From Candidatus Omnitrophota bacterium (GTDB lineage: Bacteria; Omnitrophota; Gorgyraeia; 2-01-FULL-45-10), in contig JBAZKH010000001.1 of assembly GCA_041650935.1 (NCBI GenBank), positions 9,243 to 73,242 on the forward strand: a stretch of 64,000 nt of DNA, written 5' to 3'. Of this stretch, positions 1 through 10,064 are shown one piece after another; the stretch's first letter is position 1; each line of letters begins with the position of its first letter. Below the pieces are notes generated by a model, which was not told the DNA's origin, did not search any database, and was given only the letters and a program-made list of their open reading frames with translations. Position numbers and translations under genes: made by a program.

Positions 1-126
1 AGCGCGGGGGTCTCAACGTATCCCAGCGATTCAGAGGAGGCGGATAGTCTGATAGAGAAGGCCGACTCCGCGCTTTACGACGCGAAGAAAATGGGTAAAA
101 ATGTTGTATGTAGGTTTAAAGCATAG
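1..126 (+). CDS. 3' fragment of a GGDEF-domain (diguanylate cyclase-like) protein; 5' end outside window
   Basis: Frame-1 translation ...SDSEEADSLIEKADSALYDAKKMGKNVVCRFKA* ends at TAG 124-126. The AD.ALY.AK..G.N tail is typical of GGDEF C-termini. Confidence 0.4.
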   Translation, partial: SAGVSTYPSDSEEADSLIEKADSALYDAKKMGKNVVCRFKA

Positions 127-238
127 TATAATATGCGTTAAATTCGAATGTCGAAATTCTAAACAAAGATGAAATTCGAAATCGTGATTTGTTTCGCATT
201 TCGATATTAAGATTTCGTATTTAAAACAGGGGTTTAGG
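127..238. repeat. AT-rich leader upstream of tal with iterated (T)TTCG(A/C)A(A/T) motifs
   Basis: TTCGAAT 143-149, TCGAAAT 151-157, TTCGAAAT 175-182, TTTCGCA 192-198, TTTCGATA 199-206, TTTCGTAT 213-220. TATAAT at 127-132. Confidence 0.3.
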
Positions 239-886
239 GTGAAATTATTTATAGATACCGCTAATATAAACGAAATACGTGAAGCAAACGCTATAGGGAT
301 AATCGACGGTGTCACAACGAACCCTTCCCTCATTGCGAAAGAAGGCAGGGACTTCATATCGGTCGTAAAAGAGATCTGCTCCATAGTTGATGGTCCCGTC
401 AGCGCCGAAGTAATAAGCCTGAAATGCGACGAGATGGTCAGGGAAGCGGTACCTCTGGCAAAGGTACATAAGAATATAGTCATAAAGGTACCGCTTACGG
501 CGGAGGGGCTCAAGGCAGCAAAGATATTGTCCCGGGATGGGGTAAAGACGAACCTCACGTTATGTTTCTCGCCGACACAGGCTCTCCTGGCCGCAAAGGC
601 CGGCGCTACTTACGTCAGCCCTTTCATAGGAAGGCTCGATGACATAAGCCTTACGGGTATGGATCTCATAAGAGATATAAAGACGATATTCACCAACTAC
701 TCCTTTAAGACTCAGATCATTGTGGCGAGCGTGAGAAACCCGCTCCACGTATTGGACGCGGCCAGGATAGGTGCGGATATAGCTACGGTGCCGTATGGCA
801 CACTGATGGCGCTTATCAGGCATCCTCTCACGGATATAGGCATAGAGAGATTTTTAAAGGATTGGCAGAGTGCCCAGAAAAAATAA
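239..886 (+). CDS. tal: transaldolase (short ~215 aa Tal/FSA type)
   Basis: GTG start preceded by aacagggg. N-terminus [16 protein letters not shown]...GVTTNPSL and length 215 aa match the short transaldolase/fructose-6-phosphate aldolase family. Confidence 0.8.
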   Translation: MKLFIDTANINEIREANAIGIIDGVTTNPSLIAKEGRDFISVVKEICSIVDGPVSAEVISLKCDEMVREAVPLAKVHKNIVIKVPLTAEGLKAAKILSRDGVKTNLTLCFSPTQALLAAKAGATYVSPFIGRLDDISLTGMDLIRDIKTIFTNYSFKTQIIVASVRNPLHVLDAARIGADIATVPYGTLMALIRHPLTDIGIERFLKDWQSAQKK

Positions 887-3071
887 GATAGTTATTGGTT
901 GTCAGTTGTTAGTTGTTGGTATGACAGTACTATCCCTGTCTTTTACTCCAGCCGCTTTTGCTCTCACCTCACCGGAAGAAGTTACCCCGCAGGTGCCCAA
1001 AGAACCGATAATAGTCAACGGCGACAATGTCGAATATTTTCATGAAAAGAAGATGGTCATAGGCTCCGGAAACGTATCGATAAAGTATAAAGATATCGAT
1101 CTTACCTGCGATAAGATAACCGTATATCTGGATACGAGAGAAGCTATAGCCGAAGGTAACGTCCGCGTGACCCAGAAAGGGGCCTACTTTACCGGTGAGC
1201 GGATGAACTATAATTTCGACACGAAAAAAGGCTCGGTCCTCAAAGGTTACGTCAACGCAAAGCCGTTCTACGGGAAGGCCGAAGAAGTTAATAAGATAGA
1301 GCATAAGGACCAGTTCAAACTGCGCGAAGGATATGTTACCACATGCGACCTGGAAACGCCCCATTACCGGATACAGGCGAAACAGGTCATGGTCTACCTC
1401 GGCGACAAGGTGGTGGCGAAGCATATATTTATGTACATAAAGAATGTCCCGGTCCTCTATTTCCCGTATTACGTCCAGCCGCTCAAGGAACATAAGTCCC
1501 ATATTACTATTATCCCCGGCCAGAAAAAGGATTGGGGTTACTATGCCCTTACCTCATACCGCTACTATATAGACGACAAAAATAAGGGCGACATCCTTCT
1601 GGACTACAGGGCCAAGAAAGGTCTTGCGGCAGGTATTAATCATTATTACGAAACCAAGGATGTGGGTAAAGGCGCCATTAAATACTACTTTACCCGCGAA
1701 AACGAGTTTGTTTATGAGCGGAGCGGGGCGGTCAGGGATAGGTTTAGATGGCAGATAAGGCATGAGTGGGATCTGCCCGAGGAGACCGATACTAAAGCGC
1801 TCTTTGAATTCAATACGATGTCCGACAGGGATGTAATAAAAGATTACCTGTATAACGAATACGAGGAGCTGGGCGCTACGCCGGATAATTACTTAACGTT
1901 CATAACGCAAAAAGACAGTTTCTCGACGGAATTTTTAATGAGGAAACGCTTCGATAAATTCCTGACCGTAGTCGAGCGCCTGCCGGAATACAGCATAACC
2001 ATACCGGATAATAATATAATAAAGGAACTCCCCGTATATTACAGGATGAACGCCAGCGCCGCTTACCTGAACCACACGTTCGATAATTCCAATACGGCCA
2101 ACGGGCTGAAAGATTTCAATTCGGGCAGGATCGATTTCTACAACCGCCTCTCCTACGCGCTGAATTTTTTCCGGTCCCTTAATATTACTCCCTATGCCGG
2201 CATCGAAGATACGTACTATTCGAGGCTTGCCGGCGGCCGGACTAACCAGATAAGGAATATCTTCAGCGCCGGAGTTACGAATTCCATCAAGTTTTATAAG
2301 ATATATGAGGTTCAGACAAACGTCCTGGGGCTGGATATAAATAAACTGCGCCACATCATCACTCCCACGATCGATTACTACTATACCCACAAGCCTTCGA
2401 TCGCGGCAGACAAAATTCATCAGTTTGACAGTGTCGATGCGATCGATAAGGCAAACGGTTTCCTGTTTGGGCTTGAAAACAGGCTCCAGACCAAGCGCAT
2501 GGACGATGAGGGCAATATGAACTCGATCGACCTCGCGACATTAAGGGTCACCACCGACTATGCTTTTACATTGAAGAGGGGCGAGCTATTCGAATCTAAG
2601 TACGATAAATTCAAGAGCGTGGATTTCCTGCTGGAACTCATGCCGTACAACTGGGCCTACCTGCAGTCGACGATGTCGATAGATACAAAGCATTACTGGA
2701 TACAGAGCGAGAGCGTCGATTTGGTCGCAACCTGGAAGGATATATGGACCGCCGCCATAAGTAATAGATACGAATATACGACCAACGGCCAAAGCAGCCT
2801 CGTTACATTTGACGGCACATGGAAGATAAACGAAAAGTGGAAGATACGCGCTTACGAGCGATATAATACCTATAAGGCCATCCTTGAGGAGCACGAGTAT
2901 ACCCTTACAAGAGACCTGCACTGCTGGGTTGCCGAGCTTACGGCACGGTTCGACACTACCAGCACGGTGGGCCTATGGTTGGTATTCAGGCTAAAAGCAT
3001 TCCCTCAAACCCCTATTGGCCTCAAACAGACCTATTCGCGCCCGCGTTTTGGAGAAGCGGGTACGCATTAA
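870..3071 (+). CDS. lptD: LPS-assembly outer-membrane protein LptD (OstA family)
   Basis: 733 aa. N-terminal signal-like segment (..[22 protein letters not shown]). OstA-like N-domain (GDNVEY...[16 protein letters not shown]) followed by a long beta-barrel-like C-terminal region rich in Y/F/N/T. Start uncertain: GTG 870 overlaps the tal stop, alternative ATG at 921. Confidence 0.7.
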   Translation: MPRKNKIVIGCQLLVVGMTVLSLSFTPAAFALTSPEEVTPQVPKEPIIVNGDNVEYFHEKKMVIGSGNVSIKYKDIDLTCDKITVYLDTREAIAEGNVRVTQKGAYFTGERMNYNFDTKKGSVLKGYVNAKPFYGKAEEVNKIEHKDQFKLREGYVTTCDLETPHYRIQAKQVMVYLGDKVVAKHIFMYIKNVPVLYFPYYVQPLKEHKSHITIIPGQKKDWGYYALTSYRYYIDDKNKGDILLDYRAKKGLAAGINHYYETKDVGKGAIKYYFTRENEFVYERSGAVRDRFRWQIRHEWDLPEETDTKALFEFNTMSDRDVIKDYLYNEYEELGATPDNYLTFITQKDSFSTEFLMRKRFDKFLTVVERLPEYSITIPDNNIIKELPVYYRMNASAAYLNHTFDNSNTANGLKDFNSGRIDFYNRLSYALNFFRSLNITPYAGIEDTYYSRLAGGRTNQIRNIFSAGVTNSIKFYKIYEVQTNVLGLDINKLRHIITPTIDYYYTHKPSIAADKIHQFDSVDAIDKANGFLFGLENRLQTKRMDDEGNMNSIDLATLRVTTDYAFTLKRGELFESKYDKFKSVDFLLELMPYNWAYLQSTMSIDTKHYWIQSESVDLVATWKDIWTAAISNRYEYTTNGQSSLVTFDGTWKINEKWKIRAYERYNTYKAILEEHEYTLTRDLHCWVAELTARFDTTSTVGLWLVFRLKAFPQTPIGLKQTYSRPRFGEAGTH

Positions 3072-3103
3072 TATTTCAGGTTCACTCAGCATAAATTTTC
3101 CAC

Positions 3104-3133
3104 TTGCCTCATATTATAATATTATGCTATAAT
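3104..3133 (+). promoter_or_regulatory. sigma70-like promoter candidate for ugd (TTGCCT-N18-TATAAT)
   Basis: -35-like TTGCCT at 3104-3109 and consensus TATAAT at 3128-3133, about 26 nt upstream of ugd ATG, with aagggg RBS. Confidence 0.3.
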
Positions 3134-3159
3134 CCTAGCCTTATTTTAAGGGGTAGACC

Positions 3160-4455
3160 ATGAATATATGCTTTATAGGTGCAGGATACGTAGGTTTGGT
3201 AACCGGAACATGCTTTGCGGACCTCGGGAACACTGTTTTCTGTATAGATAATGACGAAAAGAAGGTCAAACAGTTAAAGGCCGGCGTAATTCCTATATAT
3301 GAGCCGGGTTTGGAGGAGTTGGTTAGGCATAATAGAAAGGAAGGTAGGCTATTCTTTAGCACTAACATCAAAGAAGGCGTAAAAAAGTGTGAAGTTATAT
3401 TTATTGCGGTTGGCACCCCTTCCAGGGATAACGGCGATGCCGACCTGACATTCGTAGAGAATGTTTGCCGGGAGATAGCCGCATCGATGCCGTCTTACCG
3501 CCTCATTATTGAAAAATCTACAGTTCCAGTAAATACCGGCGAATGGGTGGAACATACCATAAAAGTATTCAATAAGAGGAATATAAAGTTCGACGTCGCT
3601 TCCAACCCGGAATTTTTGAGGGAAGGCTCTGCTATCAAGGATTTTATGAATCCGGATAGGATCGTAATCGGCGTGAAGTCGCGGAAGGCTAAAGAGATTC
3701 TCGTGGAATTATATAAGCCGCTCAAGGCCCCCATAGTTGTGACCGATATTAAATCCGCAGAGATAATAAAACACGCCTCGAACTCGTTCCTGGCCACGAA
3801 GATATCTTTCATAAACGCGATATCGGATATATGCGATAAAGTCGGCGCGGATATAGTGGAGGTGGCAAAGGGCATAGGCCTTGACAGGAGGATTGGCAAG
3901 GATTTCCTGAATGCCGGTATAGGTTTCGGCGGATCGTGTTTCCCCAAGGACCTGTCGGCTTTTATACGCATTGCGGACAAGGTAGGGTACGATTTCGGCA
4001 TCTTGAAAGAGGTCCAGGCGGTGAACAGGTGCCAGAAGGCCCTCCTCATAAAGAAGATGGAGACACTGCTCTGGAACCTGCCGAAGAAGACCATAGGTAT
4101 CCTGGGGTTGTCCTTTAAACCGGATACCGACGATATCAGGGAGGCGCCGGCCCTTGAGATAATAGATATGCTGCATAAGGAGGGCGCCGCCGTAAAGGTC
4201 TACGATCCGCAGGCGATGGCAAGGTCGCGGCAGGTGCTGCCTAAAGAAGTGGTCTTTTGCAAGGACCCGTATGCCGTGGCAAAGAATAGCGACTGCCTCC
4301 TGCTCGCGACGGAATGGAACGAATTCAAGGAGCTTGACTTCAAAAAGATAAAGCGGCTCATGCGCCAGCCTATAATCGTCGACGGCAGGAATATTTACGA
4401 CCCGGCCGAAATGAAGAGGCTCGGGTTTAATTATGTAGGGATCGGGAGGAAGTGA
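3160..4455 (+). CDS. ugd: UDP-glucose 6-dehydrogenase (nucleotide-sugar dehydrogenase)
   Basis: MNICFIGAGYVGLVTGTCFADLGN Rossmann N-terminus, GFGGSCFPKD catalytic Cys motif, 431 aa. RBS aagggg sits 8 nt upstream. Confidence 0.8.
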   Translation: MNICFIGAGYVGLVTGTCFADLGNTVFCIDNDEKKVKQLKAGVIPIYEPGLEELVRHNRKEGRLFFSTNIKEGVKKCEVIFIAVGTPSRDNGDADLTFVENVCREIAASMPSYRLIIEKSTVPVNTGEWVEHTIKVFNKRNIKFDVASNPEFLREGSAIKDFMNPDRIVIGVKSRKAKEILVELYKPLKAPIVVTDIKSAEIIKHASNSFLATKISFINAISDICDKVGADIVEVAKGIGLDRRIGKDFLNAGIGFGGSCFPKDLSAFIRIADKVGYDFGILKEVQAVNRCQKALLIKKMETLLWNLPKKTIGILGLSFKPDTDDIREAPALEIIDMLHKEGAAVKVYDPQAMARSRQVLPKEVVFCKDPYAVAKNSDCLLLATEWNEFKELDFKKIKRLMRQPIIVDGRNIYDPAEMKRLGFNYVGIGRK

Positions 4456-4535
4456 TTTCGGTGTTTGTGGAAGGGCATCTCGTATTCCGGCACGACACGA
4501 AATACGAACGACGAATAATGTGGTTGGAGGATTAA

Positions 4536-4982
4536 ATGATAGATGGCGTTAAGGTCAAGAGACTGAAGATTATTCCCGATGAGCGCGGCAGGCTTATGGA
4601 GATACTCCGTAAAGATGACGATATTTTCGCGAAGTTCGGGCAGGTCTATATGACGACCGCCTATCCCGGTATAGTCAAGGCGTGGCATTATCACAAGAAG
4701 CAGGACGACAACTTTACCTGTATACATGGAAAGATGAGACTTGCCCTCTACGACGCGCGGCCCAGCTCCCCGACATATAAGGAAGTAAATGATTTCGAAA
4801 TAAGCCTCGAAAACCCGATGCTTGTCCATATACCTAAAAATGTTTACCATGGTTTCAAGTGCATCAGCGATACGGAAGCATTTGTCATAAATACGGTGAC
4901 ACGACCGTACGATTACAAGAATCCCGACGAATACAGGCTGGATGCTTACGAAAATGAGATACTTTACGACTGGAGGACCTAG
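4536..4982 (+). CDS. RmlC-like cupin (dTDP-4-dehydrorhamnose 3,5-epimerase family or related sugar ketoisomerase)
   Basis: 148 aa. PDERGRLMEI...AWHYHKKQDDNFTCIHGKMRLALYDAR resembles the RmlC RG.F.E / WH.H.Q / G.v.dV..DlR motifs. Strong ggagg RBS. Shorter than canonical RmlC. Confidence 0.5.
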   Translation: MIDGVKVKRLKIIPDERGRLMEILRKDDDIFAKFGQVYMTTAYPGIVKAWHYHKKQDDNFTCIHGKMRLALYDARPSSPTYKEVNDFEISLENPMLVHIPKNVYHGFKCISDTEAFVINTVTRPYDYKNPDEYRLDAYENEILYDWRT

Positions 4983-4985
4983 AAG

Positions 4986-5720
4986 ATGAAAGGCCTGAAG
5001 GGCGTTATATTGGCCGGCGGCCTGGGTAAACGTTTATATCCCTTGACCAAGGTAACGAATAAGCATCTGCTGCCCATCTTTTCCAAGCCGATGATATATT
5101 ATCCCATCCAGACGCTTGTCGACGCCGGCATTAAGGATATCCTTGTAGTTACCGGCGGTATGCATGCAGGCGAATTCTTAAGGCTTCTCGGCAACGGCAA
5201 GGAGTTCGGGCTCAAACACATAAACTATACTTATCAGGAAGGCGAGGGCGGCATAGCGGAGGCGCTGCGGCTTGCCGAGCACTTCGCGGACGAGAGCCGT
5301 ATAGTCGTTATTCTCGGTGATAATGTAATCGAGACGGACATAAGGGATTGCGTAAACGATTTTGTCAAACAGAAAAGCGGCGCCAAGATATTGCTGAAAG
5401 CGGTCGATGACCCGGAGAGGTTCGGCGTGCCGGAGCTCAAAGGAGATAAGATAGTGAGCATACAGGAAAAGCCTAAGAATCCAAAATCCAAATATGCCGT
5501 AACGGGGATATACATGTACGACGAGCAGGTATTCGATATTATCAAGACACTGAAGCCGTCCGGCAGGGGAGAGCTCGAGATAACGGATGTCAATAATGCC
5601 TATATAAAGAAGGGCGAGCTGACATACAGTATTCTCGACGGCTGGTGGACAGACGCGGGGACGTTCGAATCGCTTTTGAGGGCAAACAACCTGGTAGCGG
5701 AAAGGGAAGTGAGGGAATGA
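4986..5720 (+). CDS. sugar-1-phosphate nucleotidylyltransferase (RmlA/glucose-1-phosphate thymidylyltransferase-like, short form)
   Basis: GVILAGGLGKRLYPLT nucleotidyltransferase signature. 244 aa. Confidence 0.6.
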   Translation: MKGLKGVILAGGLGKRLYPLTKVTNKHLLPIFSKPMIYYPIQTLVDAGIKDILVVTGGMHAGEFLRLLGNGKEFGLKHINYTYQEGEGGIAEALRLAEHFADESRIVVILGDNVIETDIRDCVNDFVKQKSGAKILLKAVDDPERFGVPELKGDKIVSIQEKPKNPKSKYAVTGIYMYDEQVFDIIKTLKPSGRGELEITDVNNAYIKKGELTYSILDGWWTDAGTFESLLRANNLVAEREVRE

Positions 5721-5816
5721 CAAATTTCAAAATCCAAATCAATCATTTAAAACCAAATATTTTAATGTTGGTCATTTAAAGATTGATTTGTCATTTGGAT
5801 TTTGTCATTTGTCATT
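5716..5816. repeat. imperfect inverted repeat with 24 bp arms (22/24) and 53 bp AT-rich spacer spanning the rmlA-like/rmlB intergenic region
   Basis: Left arm AATGACAAATTTCAAAATCCAAAT (5716-5739) and right arm ATTTGGATTTTGTCATTTGTCATT (5793-5816). The right half also has four GTCATT iterations. Confidence 0.4.
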
Positions 5817-5821
5817 AATAT

Positions 5822-6844
5822 ATGGCTAAAAAAAGACTGCTAATCACCGGCGGGGCCGGGTTCATCGGCTCCAATTTCATCAGGCACCTGCTGACCAAAT
5901 ATGACGGCTGCCGTATTACCAACCTGGATAAACTGACTTACTGCGGCAATTTGGAGAACCTTAAGGATGCGGCGAAAAATAAACGCTACAAATTTGTGAA
6001 GGGCGATATTGCCGACGATAAATTGGTGAGGAGGCTCGTCAAGGGCTGCGATATAATAATAAATTTTGCCGCAGAGACGCATGTCGACAGGTCTATAACG
6101 GACCCTCACAGCTTTGTCCGTACGAATGTTTTTGGCACGCATACGCTTCTTGAGGCGGCCAGGGCAAGCGGCATCGAGCGTTTTATACAGATATCTACCG
6201 ACGAGGTTTACGGGAGTATAGAGCGGGGCTCTTTTAAAGAGACCGATCCGCTCCTTCCTAATAGCCCATATTCTGCGGCAAAAGCCGGGGGAGACCTTTT
6301 AGCCAGGTCCTATTTCATCACTTTTAAGCTCCCCGTCATCATAACGCGCAGTTCCAATAACTTCGGCCCGTACCAGTACCCGGAGAAAGTTATACCGCTC
6401 TTCATAACGAATGCGATTGAGAATAAGAGGCTGCCCCTATACGCCGACGGCATGAATGTGAGAGACTGGCTCTTTGTCCTCGACAATTGCGAGGCGATCG
6501 ACATGGTCCTGCATAAAGGGAGGCCCGGAGAGATATACAATATAGGCGGCGGCACCGAGATAACCAACCTGAGGCTGACTCACGCGATACTGGATATGCT
6601 CGGTAAGAGCCGCAGTCTCATAAAGTTTGTCAATGACAGGCCCGGCCACGATAAACGTTATTCGCTCGATATAGCCAAGATAAGCGCGCTGGGATGGCGG
6701 CCCGGCCGCGATTTCGAATCTAGCTTAAAAGCGACCGTCAACTGGTATATTGCGAATGAGCGGTGGTGGAGGCGGTTGGTCAAATGCGGGAAAAACGTTC
6801 CTGCCTGGAACGCCGCGCGCGGGGCGGGATCCCGCCAGAGATGA
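5822..6844 (+). CDS. rfbB: dTDP-glucose 4,6-dehydratase
   Basis: [28 protein letters not shown] (YxxxK) and 340 aa are typical of RmlB. Confidence 0.8.
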   Translation: MAKKRLLITGGAGFIGSNFIRHLLTKYDGCRITNLDKLTYCGNLENLKDAAKNKRYKFVKGDIADDKLVRRLVKGCDIIINFAAETHVDRSITDPHSFVRTNVFGTHTLLEAARASGIERFIQISTDEVYGSIERGSFKETDPLLPNSPYSAAKAGGDLLARSYFITFKLPVIITRSSNNFGPYQYPEKVIPLFITNAIENKRLPLYADGMNVRDWLFVLDNCEAIDMVLHKGRPGEIYNIGGGTEITNLRLTHAILDMLGKSRSLIKFVNDRPGHDKRYSLDIAKISALGWRPGRDFESSLKATVNWYIANERWWRRLVKCGKNVPAWNAARGAGSRQR

Positions 6845-7776
6845 AAGCGATGGCGGGGAAGGTACTGATAACCGGATCGAACGGGATGCTCGGGACGGAT
6901 TTGTGCAGTGAACTGAGCGCTGACTATGCGGTTTATGGAGCTGATTTAGCTGTTAACTGTCAGCTGCCGGTTGCCGGTAAAAAAATTATATGCGATATAA
7001 CCGACGGAGCGGACGTCGCGGACGCGTTCGGAAAATTAAGGCCGCGGTTTGTGATTCACACAGCGGCCTGGGCTGATGTCGACGGTTGCGAGCTTGATGG
7101 CGGGAAGGCATATGCCGTTAACTCCGCAGGGACGCAGAATGTAGCGCTTGCCTCAGAAGAGGCGGGAGCGACCCTTATATATATAAGCACGGATTTCGTA
7201 TTCGACGGCAGAAAGAAGAGCCCGTATATAGAAACGGATAAACCCGGTCCGCTTAATATTTACGCCAGGTCAAAGCTGTCAGGCGAAGAGTCGGTAAAGA
7301 AGATCATGACGAACTATTTTACTCTTCGGACGAGCTGGCTATATGGAAAGAACGGGAAAAATTTTGTAGATACGATCATTGATAAGGCTAAGGCGGCCAG
7401 AGAACTGAAGGTTGTCGATGACCAGGCCGGTTCACCGACTTATACGAAAGATTTCGCGAAAGCGATACATACGCTTCTGGATAAAATAACTATGGACCAT
7501 CAACCATCAACTATCAACTATGGACTATACCACGTCTCTAACTCCGGCGGCGTATCATGGTACGAATATGCGAAAGAGATCCTTAAGTTATCGGGTCTCG
7601 ATACCAAAATTTCGCCGATTTCATCGGAGGAGCTTGGCAGGCCGGCAAAACGTCCGGCTATGTCTGTCCTGGATAATTCAAAGTTTAATATCTTTACCGG
7701 ACATAAGATGCGTCCATGGAAGGACGCGTTGAAAGAATATCTAAAGGAAAGGCCTGCCGCGCTTATCAATAGCTAA
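6841..7776 (+). CDS. rfbD: dTDP-4-dehydrorhamnose reductase
   Basis: KVLITGSNGMLGTDL..., YARSKLSGE and ~310 aa from ATG 6841 (ATGA overlap with the rfbB stop). The track ORF begins at 6763, but that extension overlaps rfbB and looks non-coding. Confidence 0.7.
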   Translation: MKAMAGKVLITGSNGMLGTDLCSELSADYAVYGADLAVNCQLPVAGKKIICDITDGADVADAFGKLRPRFVIHTAAWADVDGCELDGGKAYAVNSAGTQNVALASEEAGATLIYISTDFVFDGRKKSPYIETDKPGPLNIYARSKLSGEESVKKIMTNYFTLRTSWLYGKNGKNFVDTIIDKAKAARELKVVDDQAGSPTYTKDFAKAIHTLLDKITMDHQPSTINYGLYHVSNSGGVSWYEYAKEILKLSGLDTKISPISSEELGRPAKRPAMSVLDNSKFNIFTGHKMRPWKDALKEYLKERPAALINS

Positions 7777-7827
7777 ATTATGGTTTGAGCGTCGGATGGC
7801 TAAGCAGAAAAAGGAAAGGGAAGGGTT

Positions 7828-9132
7828 ATGCTGAGTAAATTAAAAGAAAAGATTTTAAAACGGGAAGCTAAGGTAGGCATTATAGGATTGGGTTACGTGG
7901 GACTGCCGCTTGCGCTGACGTTTGCAAAGAACGGTTTCAGGGTCAAGGGCATAGATATCGATAAAGACAGGATAGCGCGGCTTAACAAAGCGCAGTCGTA
8001 TATCCTTGATGTTACATCGTCGGAGATAAGCTCGGCGATGAAGGGCGGAACCCTCAGCGTTACGACGGACTTCAGTTTCATAAAAGGGCTCGACGCGGTT
8101 ATCATATGCGTCCCGACGCCGCTGTATAAGACCAAAGAGCCCGACGTTTCGTATATTGTTGCAGCGGTCCAGAATATAAAGAAGTATATGAAACGAGGCC
8201 AGATAATAGTCCTGGAATCGACCACCTATCCCGGCACGACCGAGGAGGTCATGCTCCCGATACTGGAGTCGGAAGGCTTGAAAGAGGGGAAGGATTTTTA
8301 CCTGGCTTTCTCGCCTGAGAGGGTAGATCCGGGTAATATAAAGTATGATACGAAGAATACGCCCAAGATCATAGGCGGCATCTCCAAAAATTCTACGGAA
8401 TTAGCGCGGCTCCTGTATGAGCAGGCCATAGATACCGTCGTGCCCGTATCGTCGAGCAAAGTGGCAGAAATGGTAAAGCTCCTCGAAAATACCTTCAGGA
8501 TCGTAAATATAGGGCTCGTCAATGAGATAATGCTGATGAGCGACAAGCTCGGCATCAATGTCTGGGAGGTCATAGACGCAGCAAAGACAAAACCGTACGG
8601 CTTCATGCCGTTCTATCCCGGGCCCGGAGTAGGAGGGCATTGTATCCCCGTCGATCCCATCTATCTTTCGTGGAAGGCCAGGATGCACGGTTTCGAGGCC
8701 CGTTTCATCGATCTCGCTTCGCAGGTCAATTCGGAAATGCCCCACCATGTAGTTGCCAAGGCGGCGGAGGGACTTAACGACCGGTGTAAATCCTTAAAAT
8801 GCTCGACCGTCCTGGTGGCGGGAGTGGCTTATAAGAAGGACGTTAAGGACCTGCGTGAATCTCCGGCTCTCGAGATAATAGATCTGCTGATAAAGAAGGG
8901 GGCGCTCGTCTCTTATTACGATCCTTATCTGCCATACCTGAAGATCGGCGGCATAAACCTGAAGAGCGTCTCGTTCGATAAAAATTCGTTCAAGGATTCC
9001 GATTGCGTTATTATCGTGACGGACCACTCCAACGTCGATTATAAGTTCATCGCTGCGAACTCGAAACTGGTGGTAGACACGAGAAACGTCCTGAAGGGTA
9101 TAAAGAACAGGACAAACATAGTGAGGTTATAG
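7828..9132 (+). CDS. UDP-N-acetyl-D-glucosamine/mannosamine 6-dehydrogenase (WbpA/TviB/WecC family)
   Basis: KVGIIGLGYVGLPLALTFA, GPGVGGHCIPVDP catalytic Cys, 434 aa. Confidence 0.75.
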   Translation: MLSKLKEKILKREAKVGIIGLGYVGLPLALTFAKNGFRVKGIDIDKDRIARLNKAQSYILDVTSSEISSAMKGGTLSVTTDFSFIKGLDAVIICVPTPLYKTKEPDVSYIVAAVQNIKKYMKRGQIIVLESTTYPGTTEEVMLPILESEGLKEGKDFYLAFSPERVDPGNIKYDTKNTPKIIGGISKNSTELARLLYEQAIDTVVPVSSSKVAEMVKLLENTFRIVNIGLVNEIMLMSDKLGINVWEVIDAAKTKPYGFMPFYPGPGVGGHCIPVDPIYLSWKARMHGFEARFIDLASQVNSEMPHHVVAKAAEGLNDRCKSLKCSTVLVAGVAYKKDVKDLRESPALEIIDLLIKKGALVSYYDPYLPYLKIGGINLKSVSFDKNSFKDSDCVIIVTDHSNVDYKFIAANSKLVVDTRNVLKGIKNRTNIVRL

Positions 9133-10064
9133 TGGCTAATTATCTGGTTACAGGCGGTGCGGGTTTTATAGGTTCGAATATCGTCGAGGAGCTTGTCAGG
9201 CGGAAAGAGACGGTCCGCGTCCTCGACAGTTTCATAACCGGCAAAAAGGAGAATCTCGCGCCGTTTTCGGGCCGCGTTAAAGTTATCGAAGGCGACATCA
9301 GGGATAAAGCGGCGTTAAAGAGATCGATGGAGGGCATAGATTACGTCATACATCAGGCCGCCCTTCGTTCAGTGCCCAAGTCGGTCGACGATCCGTTTAC
9401 GACCAATGAGATAAACGTCTTCGGCACCCTCAATCTCCTGATGGAGGCGAAGAACGCGGGGGTCAAGAGAGTCGTCTATGCGTCGTCCAGTTCTGTTTAC
9501 GGGGACGCTAAACATTTTCCTCAAAGGGAGACGGACATGGTCTCTCCAATCTCGCCTTATGGCGTATCAAAACTTGCGGCGGAAAATTACTGCGTCACGT
9601 TCGCCAAGACTTTCGGATTGGAGACGGTATCTTTACGGTATTTCAATGTCTTTGGCCCCAGGCAAAATCCCGAGTCAAAATATTCTGCGGTAATCCCGGC
9701 CTTCTTATTTACTATGGCAAAAGGCGATTCCCCGATAGTGGATTGGGACGGCAGGCAGTCGCGTGACTTTACCTATGTGGCGAATGTGGTCGCGGCGAAT
9801 TTAAGGGCGTGTGTTGCCAAAAAGGTGTCCGGGGAGGTTTTTAATGTAGCGTGCGGTTCTACGGCATCTGTAAACGATATCGTAAGGATGCTCAATAAGA
9901 TATTAGGAACGGATATAAAGGCAAAGTATGCACCGAAAAGAAAAGGCGATATCCGGAAGACATCCGCGGACATAAAGAAGATGAAGACGCTTCTTGGGGT
10001 CCGGAAGATAATCGGTTTTGAGGAAGGCCTGAAGTTGACGGTAGAATGGTTTAAAAATAGATGA
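9132..10064 (+). CDS. NAD-dependent nucleotide-sugar epimerase (WbpP/TviC-like 4-epimerase family)
   Basis: GTG start. [18 protein letters not shown]..., YGVSKLAAE (YxxxK), 310 aa. Sits directly after the WbpA-like dehydrogenase. Confidence 0.6.
   Translation: MANYLVTGGAGFIGSNIVEELVRRKETVRVLDSFITGKKENLAPFSGRVKVIEGDIRDKAALKRSMEGIDYVIHQAALRSVPKSVDDPFTTNEINVFGTLNLLMEAKNAGVKRVVYASSSSVYGDAKHFPQRETDMVSPISPYGVSKLAAENYCVTFAKTFGLETVSLRYFNVFGPRQNPESKYSAVIPAFLFTMAKGDSPIVDWDGRQSRDFTYVANVVAANLRACVAKKVSGEVFNVACGSTASVNDIVRMLNKILGTDIKAKYAPKRKGDIRKTSADIKKMKTLLGVRKIIGFEEGLKLTVEWFKNR

Noticed and set aside
4470-4505. Possible hairpin (TCGTATT...AATACGA) between ugd and the rmlC-like gene as a terminator
   Set aside because: Only a 7 bp stem with a 15 nt loop and no downstream T-run. 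Not convincing as an intrinsic terminator.
6763-6840. Upstream extension of the rmlD ORF (MVEAVGQMREKRSCLERRARGG...)
   Set aside because: It overlaps the 3' end of rfbB in another frame and has non-protein-like composition. ATG 6841 gives a canonical RmlD N-terminus with an ATGA overlap.
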